Part shown: one piece after another, positions 46,318 through 58,675 of the stretch
Layout of the letters: each line of letters starts with the position of its first letter
How positions within the stretch are numbered: position 1 is the first letter of the stretch
Origin: Mobula hypostoma
Lineage: Eukaryota
Reading direction: 5' to 3'
Assembly (NCBI RefSeq): GCF_963921235.1
Contig: NC_086097.1
Location: 13,950,001 to 14,014,000, forward strand
DNA: 64,000 bases
Made by a program: the position numbers and the translations under genes
Notes under the pieces: generated by a model
The model's input: the letters and a program-made list of their open reading frames with translations, nothing else
Databases searched by the model: none
Told to the model about the DNA's origin: nothing

Positions 46318-47062
46318 ATGGCACCAAGTGGCTGCCTCTTCGAGCTCATTTCCAGAAATGGTTTAAATTCCTCTCTTTACTGTTGCTTTTTCACTTTTGA
46401 AGACGACTGGCGTTCTATTGAGATCCCTAATCTGCAGCACCACTTAAACTGCATTTTTTTTCACGGTGATGAAATCCCATTTTTGGAGCTCATTGACCAA
46501 CCAGCTGTTTTCCGACATTCTTCTGGCATGGCATGGAAGACACTGGGGAATGGCTCTGCGTGGACCTGTGGACAACTGATTCCAAGTTGGTGCCGCCGAC
46601 TGAGGTACCTTGGGAGAAGGAACATCAGGATTTTGTGGCAGCGGATTCTGTGGGCAGACGTCTTTGTACTTGAAAAGTTGCTCCCTCTCTCTCTTTCTCC
46701 TGATGGTGGGGAGAGTTTGCTGCCGACTCTCAAGTTGGAGGATCTCAGAAAAAAAAAGCAACACAACAGACTGTAATGTCGGAACAGCGACTGCTAGTCT
46801 CCCTTTTGCTGTGAAATGGGTAACACCTCCCTGTCCCTTGTTAGTGAGAGAATAAGCCTGTGGTATGACGAGCTGTTGGGTAATCAGTAGTTTTTGCTGA
46901 CTGCAGATCATGGTCTCTCATTGGGGGGCTTTGCTGTTGCTTGGTGGGTGTTCGACGCTGGCGGTTTTTGCTGAAGTGGGTGGGGTGGGGTGGGAGAACT
47001 TTGTTGCTTTGCTGCTGCTTGCACAGGGGAGGGGGAGAGAGGGTGCTTTGGGGTTCTAATGT
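46318..47062 (+). mobile_element. Unclassified probable non-autonomous retroelement with a G-rich 3' body
   Basis: The G/T-rich segment at 46900-47060 is similar to the reverse complement of about 63680-63830; no coding motifs. Confidence 0.45.
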
Positions 47063-47063
47063 T

Positions 47064-47150
47064 TTCAGTCCTGCCGAAGGATTTCGGCCCGAAATGTCAA
47101 CTGTACTCTTTTCCTAGATGCTGCCGGGCCTCCAGCACTTTGTGTGTGTG
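47064..47150 (+). mobile_element. PLE terminal repeat with hammerhead motif (47066-47103, A6>C)
   Basis: CAGTC-CTGCCGA-AGGATTTCGGCCC-GAAA-TGTC-AACTG. Confidence 0.8.
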
Positions 47151-49321
47151 GCCGTTGGTTGTGGGAACACCTCAATGGTGGGACGAGTGATGTTGAGTGA
47201 AGTTATCCCCTTTGTTCAAGACCCTGATGGTTGAGGGATAGGAACAGTTCCTGAACCTGGTTTTGTCAGTTCTGAAGCTCTGTGAGAAGAGAACGTGTCC
47301 TGGACGTGGGGTCCCTAATGATCAATGTTTGGGATAGCTTTACCCATGGTGGACAAATTGAGTTATTACTAAATTTATTAGTAAGTTGATTCATTATGAA
47401 CAAATGTTATAAGATACAGTGAAAAGCTTGTCCTGCATCCTGTTCATACAGATTAATTCATTACAGCAATGCATTGAAATAGGACAAGGTAACACAATTA
47501 CAGAGTGCAGGATAAAGGGTTATGGGTACAGAGATAGGATTTGATAGGATGAAACTAGTTCTGTTGGATTAATGGAAAAGTTACATAGCTTCACTGTGTG
47601 TGTTACATATTGTTAAATAGTTGACATTTTGGTGCTGATGAAAGTTTTCAGCCTGAAGCGTTAACAGTTTACTCTTTTCATAGATACCTCCTAGCCTGCT
47701 GAGTTCTTCCAGCATTTTGTGTGTGTTGCTAAGATATGATCATGTTTGGTCAAAGATCCAATGGGTACAGACCATGGACAAAGTCTCACAGAAGTAAACT
47801 TAAGAACTGAACACGGTCTTACTCAGAAAACATGTTCTGACACAGTCATTGGAAATCTGACCACAAATCAAGCAGGAGGAATGGCTATTCATTGAGAAAT
47901 GTTCTCTGTAGAGCAAAGAATCTTACAGTGAGATACAATGGACTTAGTCAAAGTTATGAAGAGTTTATAGAGAATAATAAGCAACAGAGTTAATTACCAA
48001 AGGAGAATTCTAGATTAAGACTATATAGCAGATCGGAAATTCTTCTGCCTGAAAACTTGGTGCAACCAGATTCAATAGTAGTATTGAAAGGGGAATTGCT
48101 TAAGGGACCGACGTCAATGCATGGGACTCGTGGCTCTACAATGGCTCTCTGCCTCTCAGGTTTATGGAGCTCTCCCATCTCTCTCGCCTGCTGAGGGCTG
48201 GTGTGCTTGTTTCTACGGTCACCCCGCTCTCTCAGGCCCTCTCGCTGCACTGCCACCCCGGTGAGGCCCGCACCCTCACCACTCCATGAGGGCTGAATAT
48301 TGTGAGAGTGCTGAGGAGTGAGCTGGCACAGACATAAAGGCTTCGTCCTGTGCTGTGTCACTCTGGTGAGTCGAAATGTACTGCAAACCTCAGAGCAGCA
48401 AATGAATGCTGCTTTGAGAGGAGGTCTTGCAAGAACATGAGATCAAACTGTACAAATAACATTCTAACCAATACACTTCATGTGGCCTGTACACACAGTG
48501 TGAATATGCTTGTGTCTACAATGACGTCCAATTATGTGGAAACTCATTTTCTATAATTTGTGTATACATATCATTTGTATACAGTTTTAAAAACAAACTG
48601 CAGATTAAGAATATTGCACTAGAAAAACTAATTTATTTAGAAACCATTTTCTATTTACGAAAACAGGGTAGTTTATTGGAGCTTAAGAGGCTTACTGGCT
48701 GATATTTACACTGGATCTATTCTAGTAGGTTCATGAATAATTAACAGAATAACATTTACTACAGCGAAAATGGGACTGGAGAATAGAACACTAAACTTCA
48801 GGAAAATTACTCTCATTTAGGAGAACTGGTTTGTAAACTGGTGATAAAACAGAAGATGTTTAACTCTGATTCCACAACAAGGCATTGTCAATAAGGATCA
48901 ATGGTACAGGGACGGAGAGTTCAAAAATAGCAGAAGTGAACAGCTGCAGACTCAGCCCTTTGACTTTTTACACACAGGTGAACCTGTAGATCAGGCGCTT
49001 TACCTGCCTTCACTTTCACTCCATAACCCCGATGTATGAACGTCTGCTCACTGGGCAAGTCTGAGAGGACTGCCCACTGCCTCTTATCAACTGTGGGTCA
49101 TGCTTTGTACCATTCATTCGGAGGTTCAGCATTCGGCTTTGAATACCAGAGACTTGACCACAAAATTGAACAAGTGCATTCTCTAAGTACTTTTACAACC
49201 AATTGGAGGTTTGATTGAGGAAATGTGTGTGTGTGTGTGTTTTTTCCCCTCCAATACAGAGTTTTCCCAGGTTATGAAGGAACTGACTTATGGAAATCCT
49301 TTATAATGCAAAGTCCCCTAT

Positions 49322-49384
49322 ATTTTAAAAGAATTTTCCAATATAGTATTTCTTTCATACTATATTGGAAAATTCTTTTAAAAT
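49322..49384. repeat. Perfect 28-bp inverted repeat with a 7-nt spacer
   Basis: ATTTTAAAAGAATTTTCCAATATAGTAT-ttctttc-ATACTATATTGGAAAATTCTTTTAAAAT. Confidence 0.95.
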
Positions 49385-49404
49385 GTTGTGTGCCATGCTG
49401 TATG

Positions 49405-49757
49405 TCATAAGTGATCATGGTCTTCCATCTGTCGACCATGATTGTTCTTGGCAAATTTTAGAACAGAGGCCAATTTTAGAAGGCCATTGCCTTCTGCTGG
49501 GCAGTGACTACCAGATGAGTGACCCCAGTCATTATCAATACCTTTCAGAGATTGTCTGCCTGGCTTCAGTGGTTGCATAACCAGGACTTGTGATATGCAC
49601 CAGCTGCTCAATCGAGCATCCACCAACTGCTCCCATCGCTTCACGGGACCCTGACTGGGGTGTGCTACACCTTGCCCAAGGTTGACCTGCAGGCTGGCAG
49701 AGGGAAAGAGCTCCTTACACCTCCTTTGGTAGAGACGTATCTGCACCCTGCCACCCA
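49405..49757 (-). mobile_element. Probable RTE/BovB-related SINE
   Basis: Contains CCATTGCCTTCT and CTTGCCCAAGG, motifs seen in BovB/RTE-partnered SINEs. Confidence 0.5.
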
Positions 49758-49874
49758 TAGTAGTAATAATTGTAAAATAATTTGTAGCATTAATTAATAA
49801 ATGGAATAAGTATATAATCTATTAGTTTAATTGTGTGTAGGTTGAGGTGAACACTCAATGAAATGGAAGCAAAA

Positions 49875-50716
49875 CTGGGCTGAGAAGTGGCAGATGGAGT
49901 TCAACCCAGATAACTATGAGGTGGTTCATTTTGGTAGGTCAAATATGATAGCAGGGTGGAGTATTAATGGTTAGACTCTTGGCAGTGTGGAGGATCAGAG
50001 GGATCTTGGGGTCCGAGTCCATAGGACACTCAAAACTGCTGCGCAGGTTGACTCTGTGGTTAAGAAGGTATATGGTGCATTGGCCTTCATTAACCATGGG
50101 ATTGAGTTTAAGAGCTGAGAGGTAATATTACAGCTACGTAGGACTTTGGTCAGACCCTACCTGGAGTACTGTGGTCATTTCCGGTCTCCTCACTGCAGGA
50201 AGGATGTGGATAGTACAGAAAGGGTGCAGAGGAGATTTACAAGGATGTTGCCTGGATTGGGGAGCATGTCTTATGAGAATAGGTTGAGTGAACTCAGCCT
50301 TTTCTCCTTGGAGTGGCGGAGAATGAGAAGTGACCTGATAGAGGTGTAGAAGATGATGAGAGGCATTGATCGTGTGGATAGTCAGAGGCTTTTTCCCAGG
50401 GCTGAAATGGCTAACATGAGGGGCCACAATTTTAAGGTGCTTGGAAGCAGGTACAGAGGAGGTATGAGGGGTAAGTTTTTTTACACAGAGAGTGGTGAGT
50501 GCATGGAATGGGCTGCTGGTAGCAGTGGTGGAGGCAGGTACAATAGGTTCTTTTAAGAAACTCATGGATAGGTAAATGGAGCTTAGAAAAATAGAGGGCT
50601 ATGGATAAACCTAGGTAATTTCTAAAGTAAGTACATGTTCAGCACAGCATTGTGGGCCAAAGGGCCTGTATTATGCTGTAGGTTTTCAATGTTTATATGT
50701 TTCTATGTTTCTATGC
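49875..50716 (+). mobile_element. CR1/HER1-type LINE RT to 3' end
   Basis: WAEKWQMEFNP, LVRPYLEYC, ERVQRRFTRMLPGL; (TTTCTATG)n tail. Confidence 0.9.
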
Positions 50717-51194
50717 ATGCAGAGTGAAACAATGAAAAAAAAGATTAATTTTAGACCTACAGGAAAATGGGCTTATGGACTTTTCTCAGGAACTTAACCC
50801 TACTTAACCCAGGGAGTAGCAAATCAAAACATAAGAGATTCTGCAGATGATGGAAATCCAGGGCAAAAAACAGAAAAATCTGGACGAATTCAGCAGCGTC
50901 TATGGAAATAAACAGTCAACATTTCGAGCCGACACCCTTCATCATGACTGGAAAAGAAGGGTAAGATGCCCATATGCTGTGACAGAAAACATTAACAGCC
51001 TCAGACATAAAATCAATCTAGGCATATAAGCTATTTTATGTATTTATTTTGATTGTGCTTTGTTATTATGGTGCTCTTTATCATATTGTAGGTTCTTCGA
51101 CTGCTTTGGATCCAGAGGAACAATTATTTTGTTCTCCTTTAAACTTGTGCACTGGAAATGACATTGAACAGTCTTGAATCTTGAACCTTGAAGG

Positions 51195-53050
51195 TTCAAA
51201 GTATTAAGGAAGCCACTATGAGGAAAGATTGCAGCCAAGGATTTTAAAGGAAGTGGGTACAGAAGGATTGGAACCATCAATTGAATCCCCCCCCCCAAAA
51301 AAAAAGCTCACTGAATTCCAGGAGACTGGAAAACTGTAAATGTGTCTCTCTTGTTCAGAGAGGAAGGGAGATCGTGTGGGAAATTGTGGACCAGTTAGCT
51401 TAACATCTGTCATTGGCAAAATGCTGGGAGTCAATTATCAAGGTGTTAGAGTTTATAATTAAGTGAGAAATAACCAGTCATTTAGTGCAATCAGAGAAAG
51501 TCAACATGTTTTAAGAAAGGTGAATGGTATTTGATAAATTTGTGACAGATCATTAAGGATGTTACAAGATGAGTCAATAGAGAGGAATCTGCAAAATTAT
51601 CTTGTTTGGATTCCCAGAAGGCAATAACAAAAATCCACATAGTAGATTTGCACGCAAAATAAAGATTTGCAGTATTGGGGGAAATGTGTTAGCATGGACT
51701 GGAGGCAAGTTATCACATAAAAGATAGTGTGGAAAAATAAATAGCCTTTTGCAGGCTGGACAAATTAGTGAACTGTCCTAAGAATTAGTCCCTGTTGCTC
51801 AATTTCTTAATATCTGTATTAATGACTGGAGAAGGGCAGAGTGCAAGCCAATGATATGATTAGTGGGGGGATATCTTACATTAAGGATGCTTGGATTCTT
51901 AGAAGAGATAGAGATGGGATGAGTGAGTAGGAAAGAAACTTGACAAGTGTACAGTGGATTGTTCAAAAGTGCAGTGGTGAAAGAGGACTTGAATCAAGAA
52001 GAATCAAAAGAAAAACTATTATGTAAATAGAGGAAGACTGCAGATGAGTGGGGTGCTGAAGGATCTGGGTGTATAGGACATATGTAAATCCCAAAAAGTT
52101 AGGTGACAGAGGTAACAACTAGTTAGGAAAGCAATTTGATATTGAATGCTAATCCCAAGGAGTTTAAACGTAAAATAGAGAAGTGTTGTTACATAGACAC
52201 AAGATATACTGCAGATCCTGGAAATCTAGACCAATGCATACAATGTGCTGGAGGAGATCAGCAGATCAGGCAGCATCCATGGATGGGAACGAACAGTCAC
52301 CAGCTCAGGTTAAGACCCTTCATCAGGACTGCAAAGGAAGGGTGAAAAGCTCAGAACAAGAAGGTGGGGCGAAAGGAAAAAGCACTATAAGGTGGTAGGT
52401 GATAGGTGAAACCGAGAGAGAAGTAAAAAGCTGAAAGTTAAATGGTAGAAGAAATAAAGGGCTGGAAAAGGGGGAATCTGATAGGAGAGGACAGACAGAA
52501 GGCCATGGAAGAAAGGAAAGGGGGAAGAACAGCAGAGGGAGACGATGGGCAGGTTGGAAGAGAAGGTGTGAGAGGGAAACAAGAATAGAGAATGGTGAAG
52601 GAGAGGAGGAGAGTAAGTATTGTTACAATTGTACAGGCTGCAAGTGAGTTAACTTCCATGGTAATGGGGACAGATTTGTTCCCCTTATTTAAGGAAAATT
52701 ACATAGAAGCATTGGAGGTAGTCCAGAAGAGGTTCACTGTGCTAATTCCTGGGAAGAGAGGCCGGTCCTATCGCGAGCAGCTAAAGAAACTGGAATTGTA
52801 TTGCGGTGAATCTCTGGAATTTGTTTTGTGGCGAATCTCTGGACCTGCAAAAAGTTGTAGAGACTTACTTAGATTGCTGTGGGTATTCAAAGAAGTGGGG
52901 GATACATTTTTGAAACTGGGGAGTGGTGTACTGTAGTGAATTGGAACAGAAGAAGAAATGAGGAATGGGGTAGACGAGCCATGATCATGTGGAATGGTGA
53001 GGCAGGCTTGCAGGACCAGGTGACTCTCTCCTGCTCCTATTTTCTCCTGT
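51195..53050 (+). mobile_element. Old, highly decayed CR1 LINE split by a PLE at 52194-52614
   Basis: PGDWKTVNV, NCGPVSLTSVIGKML, LDSQKA, ALEVVQKRFTVLIPG. Confidence 0.75.
52194..52614 (-). mobile_element. PLE 3' UTR and terminal repeat
   Basis: GACCCTTCATCAGGACTG (reverse complement of CAGTC-CTGATGA) and a purine-rich UTR; TSD AAGT[G/A]TTGTTACA at 52181-52193 and 52615-52627. Confidence 0.85.
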
Positions 53051-55143
53051 TGCTATGTCCTCCTTCAACAAGTGATTACAGTTATAAGACTTACTTCTTA
53101 AGCATTTTCTTTTCAATTGCAAACATTTCTGGTGGTAAACCAGTGACTGTATTGCTGAGTACTGGAATTTTGTAATGTAAATCCTATCAGTATCATTTGG
53201 TGATTTCATTGCATGGAAAATACAACTTTGCAAAATGTGCCTTTGAAAAGTTATGGCTGAAACAAATAATTTATGTGTATTTGTGAGGCTTGAAATCCAG
53301 AACATATGCTACGTTAATTTGCAAATGAAGTCAAGATCTCTGAAATAAGAGAGGGCCACAGGCATTGCTGAAAGCTCTATAGCAAGTACACCATGGGGAG
53401 CCTATGGTTTAAGACTATAAGACCATAAGATATAGGAGCAGAATTAGGCCATTTGGCCCATCAAGTCTTCTCCGACATTTCATCTTGGGTGATCCATTTT
53501 CCCACTCAGCCCCAATCTCTTGCCTCCTCCCCATATCCCTTCATGCCCTGACCAAACAAGAATTTTTCAACCTCTGCCTTAAATATACCCACTGACTTGG
53601 CCTCTACAGCCACCTGCAAAGAATTCCACAGATTCACCACTCTCTGGCTAAAGAAATCCCTGCTTATCACCATCCTAAACAGAAGAATGGCTAGTGCAAT
53701 GCTTTACCGTACCAGCGACCCATGTTCAATTCCCGCTGCTGCCTGCAAGGAGTTAGTGCGTTTTCCCCGTGACCGCGTGGGTTGCCTCCCAGTGCTCCAG
53801 TTTCCTCCCACAGTCCGGTTAATAAGTTATTTGGTCACTGTCAATTGTCCCATGATTAGCAAAGGTTAAATCGAGGGTTGCCGGGCGGCAAGGCTCAAAG
53901 GACTAGAAGAGCCTTTTCCAAGCCGTATCTCAATAACTAAATCAATAAATATTCTGAGGCTCATGTGGAAACTCCAGAAAGAAATGTGAAAACAGGGTTC
54001 AGGCCTAAGGAAGAACAGAAGTGCACAAGCTCAATTAAATGTGAGTAGGAGTATAGCCCCTCAAGCCTATCCCAGCATTTAATATCCATCGTGGGTTATC
54101 TTCTCCTGGTCCACATAGCCATTGATTCCTTGATCTTCAAAAATTTATTGTTCTCCTCTTTTCTTGTCTCTAACTATCTTACTTCCACAACTTTCTGCAG
54201 TAGGAACTCACACAAGGCTCAACAGGAGAGATGCAAAGTGGAGGTTTGGCCTAGCTGAGGAACCTAAAACTAAAGGCCTCAGTCTCAAAATAAGGGGTAA
54301 GCTACCTGGGACTCAAATTAGGAAAAAAAACTCATCACTCAGGAGAGCGATAAATCTTTCATTTTTTTATTCCTGGCTGCCTTGACACTCAGTTATTGAC
54401 TTAATTATAACAGAGATTGATAGATTTCTGCATATTGGACAAATAATGGAATAATTAAGTCGGCAGGTTTAATGTCATGTGTATAAATACAGAGAGGTGT
54501 ACATACAGTGAGAATCTTTCTTGCAGCAGTGTCATGGGCATATAGATTCAAACTACACATAAAACATAAATTATACGAGACAGTGCAGAGCAAAATAAAA
54601 GCACTGAGCAAAAACAAGACTTTAGTGCAAAAAGGAAACAAAATAAAATATAGGGATAAAGCAAGGAAAAGAGGAAATGACATCTGAATCAGGTTTAATA
54701 TCACAGGTGTATGTCATGAAGTTTGTTGCTATGTGAAGCAGTACATTGCAATAAATAATAATAAAAACTGTATATTACAGTAAGTATATGCCTGCGCAAA
54801 TGGTGCGTGCGGGCTCGATTTCAATGGTTAAGATAAGTTTGGATAGGAACATGGATGGTAGGGGAATGGAGGGCTATGGTTCCGGTGCATGCAGATGGGG
54901 GTATGCAGTTTAAATGAATCAGCATGGACTTGATAGGCCAAAATGCATGTTTCTGTGCTATACTCTGTGACTCTATATTGAAAAGATTAAATTAAGTAGT
55001 GCAAAAAGAGAACAAAGATGTTGTGAGGTAGCATTCACGTGTTCAACGTCCATTCAGAAATTAGATGGCAGAGAGGAAGAAACTATTCCCAAAATGTTTT
55101 TTGAGATAGAATCTCTCTGAGCTCATTGAGATAGAAGTTCAGA

Positions 55144-55929
55144 CATAACCTTGTTTAATGTCCGAGTGGGCTTAAAGAGCGGAGTGGCCTATTCCTGTAA
55201 TTATTTCTGATACCCTCATGTTCTGGATGCCTTTACCTACAGTAGCTCTACGTTCAATTCATCTGTAAGTTCCAGGAAGTGTTCTGGGGCTATGTGAACC
55301 CAGTTCTTTCCACATAAATTCTTTGCATTAAGGGATCACTGCATAATAATTAGACCATAGGAAAATGACATTTGGCCCATCAAGTCTGTTCTGCCATTCC
55401 ATCATGGTTGATTTATTATCCCTCTGAACTCCACTCCCCTCCTTCTCCTCATAAACTTTGGCACACTTACAAAACAAGAATCTCTATTGATCTATCAACC
55501 AATCAACCTATCAAACTACATAGATTCACCACCTTCTAGCTAAAGAAATTTTTCCTGATCTCTGTCCAAAAGTGATGTCCTTCAATTTTGTGGCTGTGTC
55601 CACTGCTCCTGGACTCTCCCCCCCCCCCCAATTGAAAACATCCTCTCCAAGTCCACTCTAAACAGGCCTTTCAATATTTGATCTGTTTCAATGAGATCAT
55701 CTCCTCATTCCTCTAAACTCTGGCAGGTACAGGCCCAGAGTCGTCAATCACTCTTTATCATTAACTCTTCATTGTCCATTCTCCTAATCTGTCTAAGTTC
55801 TTCTGCAGACCCACTGAACTTACGGATAAATTGAACGTAGAGGAATCAAGATCACGAGGGTATCAGAAATAATTACAGGAATAGGCCACTCAGCTCTTTA
55901 AGTCCACTCGGACATTAAACAAGATTATG
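55144..55929. repeat. Inverted duplication (55144-55272 versus 55816-55929) around a CR1 fragment
   Basis: CATAACCTTGTTTAATGTCCGAGTGG...CTCTACGTTCAATTCATCTGTAAGTTC matches the reverse complement of 55816-55929 with a few substitutions and one indel. Confidence 0.9.
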
Positions 55930-57029
55930 CCTTCCACAACACTTACTGCTCCTCCACTTATCAGTAAAACAAGTTGGTGGCAACCAATAGTGAAGAGAAA
56001 ACTGATGTATTTCTTTCTCAACATGAAACTTTGCCAACTGCTGTCTTCAAAACATGTTCAATCCTGCTACTTCTGGAATCATGTAACTTTCGGCCATGTT
56101 AGAATAACACATTAACCATCACAGGACCTTGCTGTAAAAGTGTCCAATTAATCTGCACTCATTTATTTTCTGACTGCAAAGCTCGTTCCTCATTAAATGA
56201 TTATTGCTATCATAGAGTCTTTATAGTGATTACTGATATATTATAGATGAAGATTATATTATTATATATATTATTGTACATTATATATTATTTAAGACTT
56301 TGTCCATAAAATAAAGGAGCAGAATTAGGTCATTTGGCCCATCAAGTCTGTTCTGCCATTTCATCATAGCTGATCCATTTTCCCTCTCAGTCCCAATCTC
56401 CTGCCTCCCCGTGCCCCATATCCCCTCATACCCTGACTAATCAAGAATCTATCAATCTCAGCCTTAAATGTACATAAAGACTTGGCCTCCACAGCTGCCT
56501 GTGACAAAGAATTCCACAGATTCACCACTTTCTGACTAAAGAGATTCCTCCACATCTTCATTCTAAAAGGATACCCTCTGTTCTGAGGCTGTGTCCTCTG
56601 GTCTTAGATTCCCCCGGCATCCTCGTCATGTCCACTCTAGCAAGGTCTTTCACCATTCGATTGGTATAATATTATATGATATGTTATTATTATATATAAT
56701 GATTATTTCTATGACTAGAAACATACAGAGTGCCTCTATAGAGCAGTTGGTGGATATGGGTTGCACAAAAGCTTTGATAAGGCAACTTGCCAAAGGATGA
56801 TTAATTTTCAGGGTTGTAGATAATAAAACCAGAGTGTAGAAAACTCTTTCAACACGAAACAGTGTCTGCACCACAGGCTGAATGGCTCATATCAGTGTAG
56901 CAACATCTTTCTATGATAACAAAGCAGATCAGTTAAGTAACAGCAGATGTTAACTGAGTACTTGGTTGTAGGTAGAGTTTGAATATTAAAGATAGAGAGG
57001 ATTCAGATTCACTTATTTATTTTTATCTG

Positions 57030-57320
57030 AATTATTTTTATTTATTGACCTACAGCATGGAATAGGACCTTCTGGCTCTCTGAGCCACGCCGCTCAGCAA
57101 TCCGAAGAGTTAACCCTAGCATAATCACTGGACAGCTTACAACGATCAATTAACCTACCAATCGGTACATCTTTGGACTGTGGGTGGAAACTGAAACATC
57201 TGGAGAAAACCCATGCAGACACGGGGAGAGCGTACAAACTCCTTACAGGCAGCGGCAGGAGTTGAACCTGAGTCGCTAGTACTGGAAGGCATTGTGCTAA
57301 CCTCTATGCTACCGTGCCGC
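57030..57320 (-). mobile_element. Near full-length V-SINE
   Basis: Tail, V-domain and tRNA-like head (GTGCTAACCTCTATGCTACCGTGCCGC) in reverse orientation. Confidence 0.8.
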
Positions 57321-57351
57321 TCCATGTACATGAATACTGATGTACACGAGT

Positions 57352-57892
57352 ACAGGATACTGAAGGACTTTTACCGCTGTACCATTGAGAGCATACTCAC
57401 CAACTGCATCTCAGTGTGGTATGGCAATTGTCCCGTATCGGACCGTGAAGCACTCCAGCATGTGGTGAAAACTGCCCAGTGGATTATCGGCACCCAATTG
57501 CCCACCATTGAGATCATCTTCCATAAACGCTGCCTGGGCAGGGCGAAAAACATTATCAGGGATGCATCTCATCCTAACCATGGACTCTTTGCTCTCCTCC
57601 CATCCGGTAGGCGCTACAGGAGCCTCCACTCCCACACCAGCAGACACAGGAAGAGCTTCTTCCTGAGGCTGTGACCCTGCTGAACCTCTCATCACAGCGC
57701 TAAGCAGTATTGCATCCGTATTGTACTGTCTCAGTACTTTTATATTTGTGTGCTGTAGCACTTTTTTTATTCACAGTTATTTTGTAAATAACACTATTCT
57801 TTGCATTTCTGGTCAGATGCTAAATGCATTTCATTGGATTTGTATCTGTACTCAGCACAATGACAATAAAGTTGAATCTAATCTAATCTAAT
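57352..57892 (+). mobile_element. Rex1-type LINE 3' end
   Basis: FYRCTIESILTNCISVWYGNC...LLPSGRRYRSL; (AATCT)n tail. Confidence 0.9.
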
Positions 57893-58092
57893 GAAAGCTG
57901 GAGTGAGATGTGTCATTTGCGCCAGTGACCAAAACAACCTGGGGATGTGCTGGGGGCTGCCCGCAAGTGTCACCACACATTCCGGCGCCAATGTAGCATG
58001 CCCACCGTGTTCGCAGAACACACAAGCAACAACAGCAAAACCAGCCCCTTACCTCCCAATCATCCACCCACCCATCAGTGCGCGTGTGCGCG

Positions 58093-58115
58093 CACACACA
58101 CACACACACACACAC
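58093..58115 (+). repeat. (CA)n microsatellite
   Basis: Direct reading of the sequence. Confidence 0.9.
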
Positions 58116-58675
58116 GCAGACACACAAAAGACAGAGATGTATGAACAAGGCAAAGTGAAGGGCAATGATCAGGTCATTAAAGATAACAAGGTTATATTCT
58201 GTATTTTTCCCCCTGTCATACTTGATGTTGCTGCCTTTCACCTTGGTAAATATTACACACATCCACAAGTAAGACATTCCCTTGGCTTTAGAAGATTAGA
58301 TCTTTCATGCTCTCATCTCGTGTTTGACTGGCAGTTGCCAGAATTGATGTGAGCACACACCACCAGTGCTCAGCCATGCAGCTAAATGCTCTGTAGTTTA
58401 TTACTGCCTCACAGGGTGCAGGGCACTAGAGGGGCTTCCTTATAATTTTGTTTTGCCCTGCAGGCGAATGGATACTGGCTGTGCACTCACAAAACGGTGA
58501 CGGAATCCATGCTGAGAGTATGTGTCTGTTTCTCAGCCTTCCAATGGAAGCTGCTGTAAAGACAAGGGCACCTCTGCCCTTCAATCCAACCGTCTCTCTT
58601 GCTGCCTTTTAAAGGTACAGGAACCAACTGGTTGCATACATCGATTGCAAAGAAAGAAGGTAGAACTAAAGAGAA

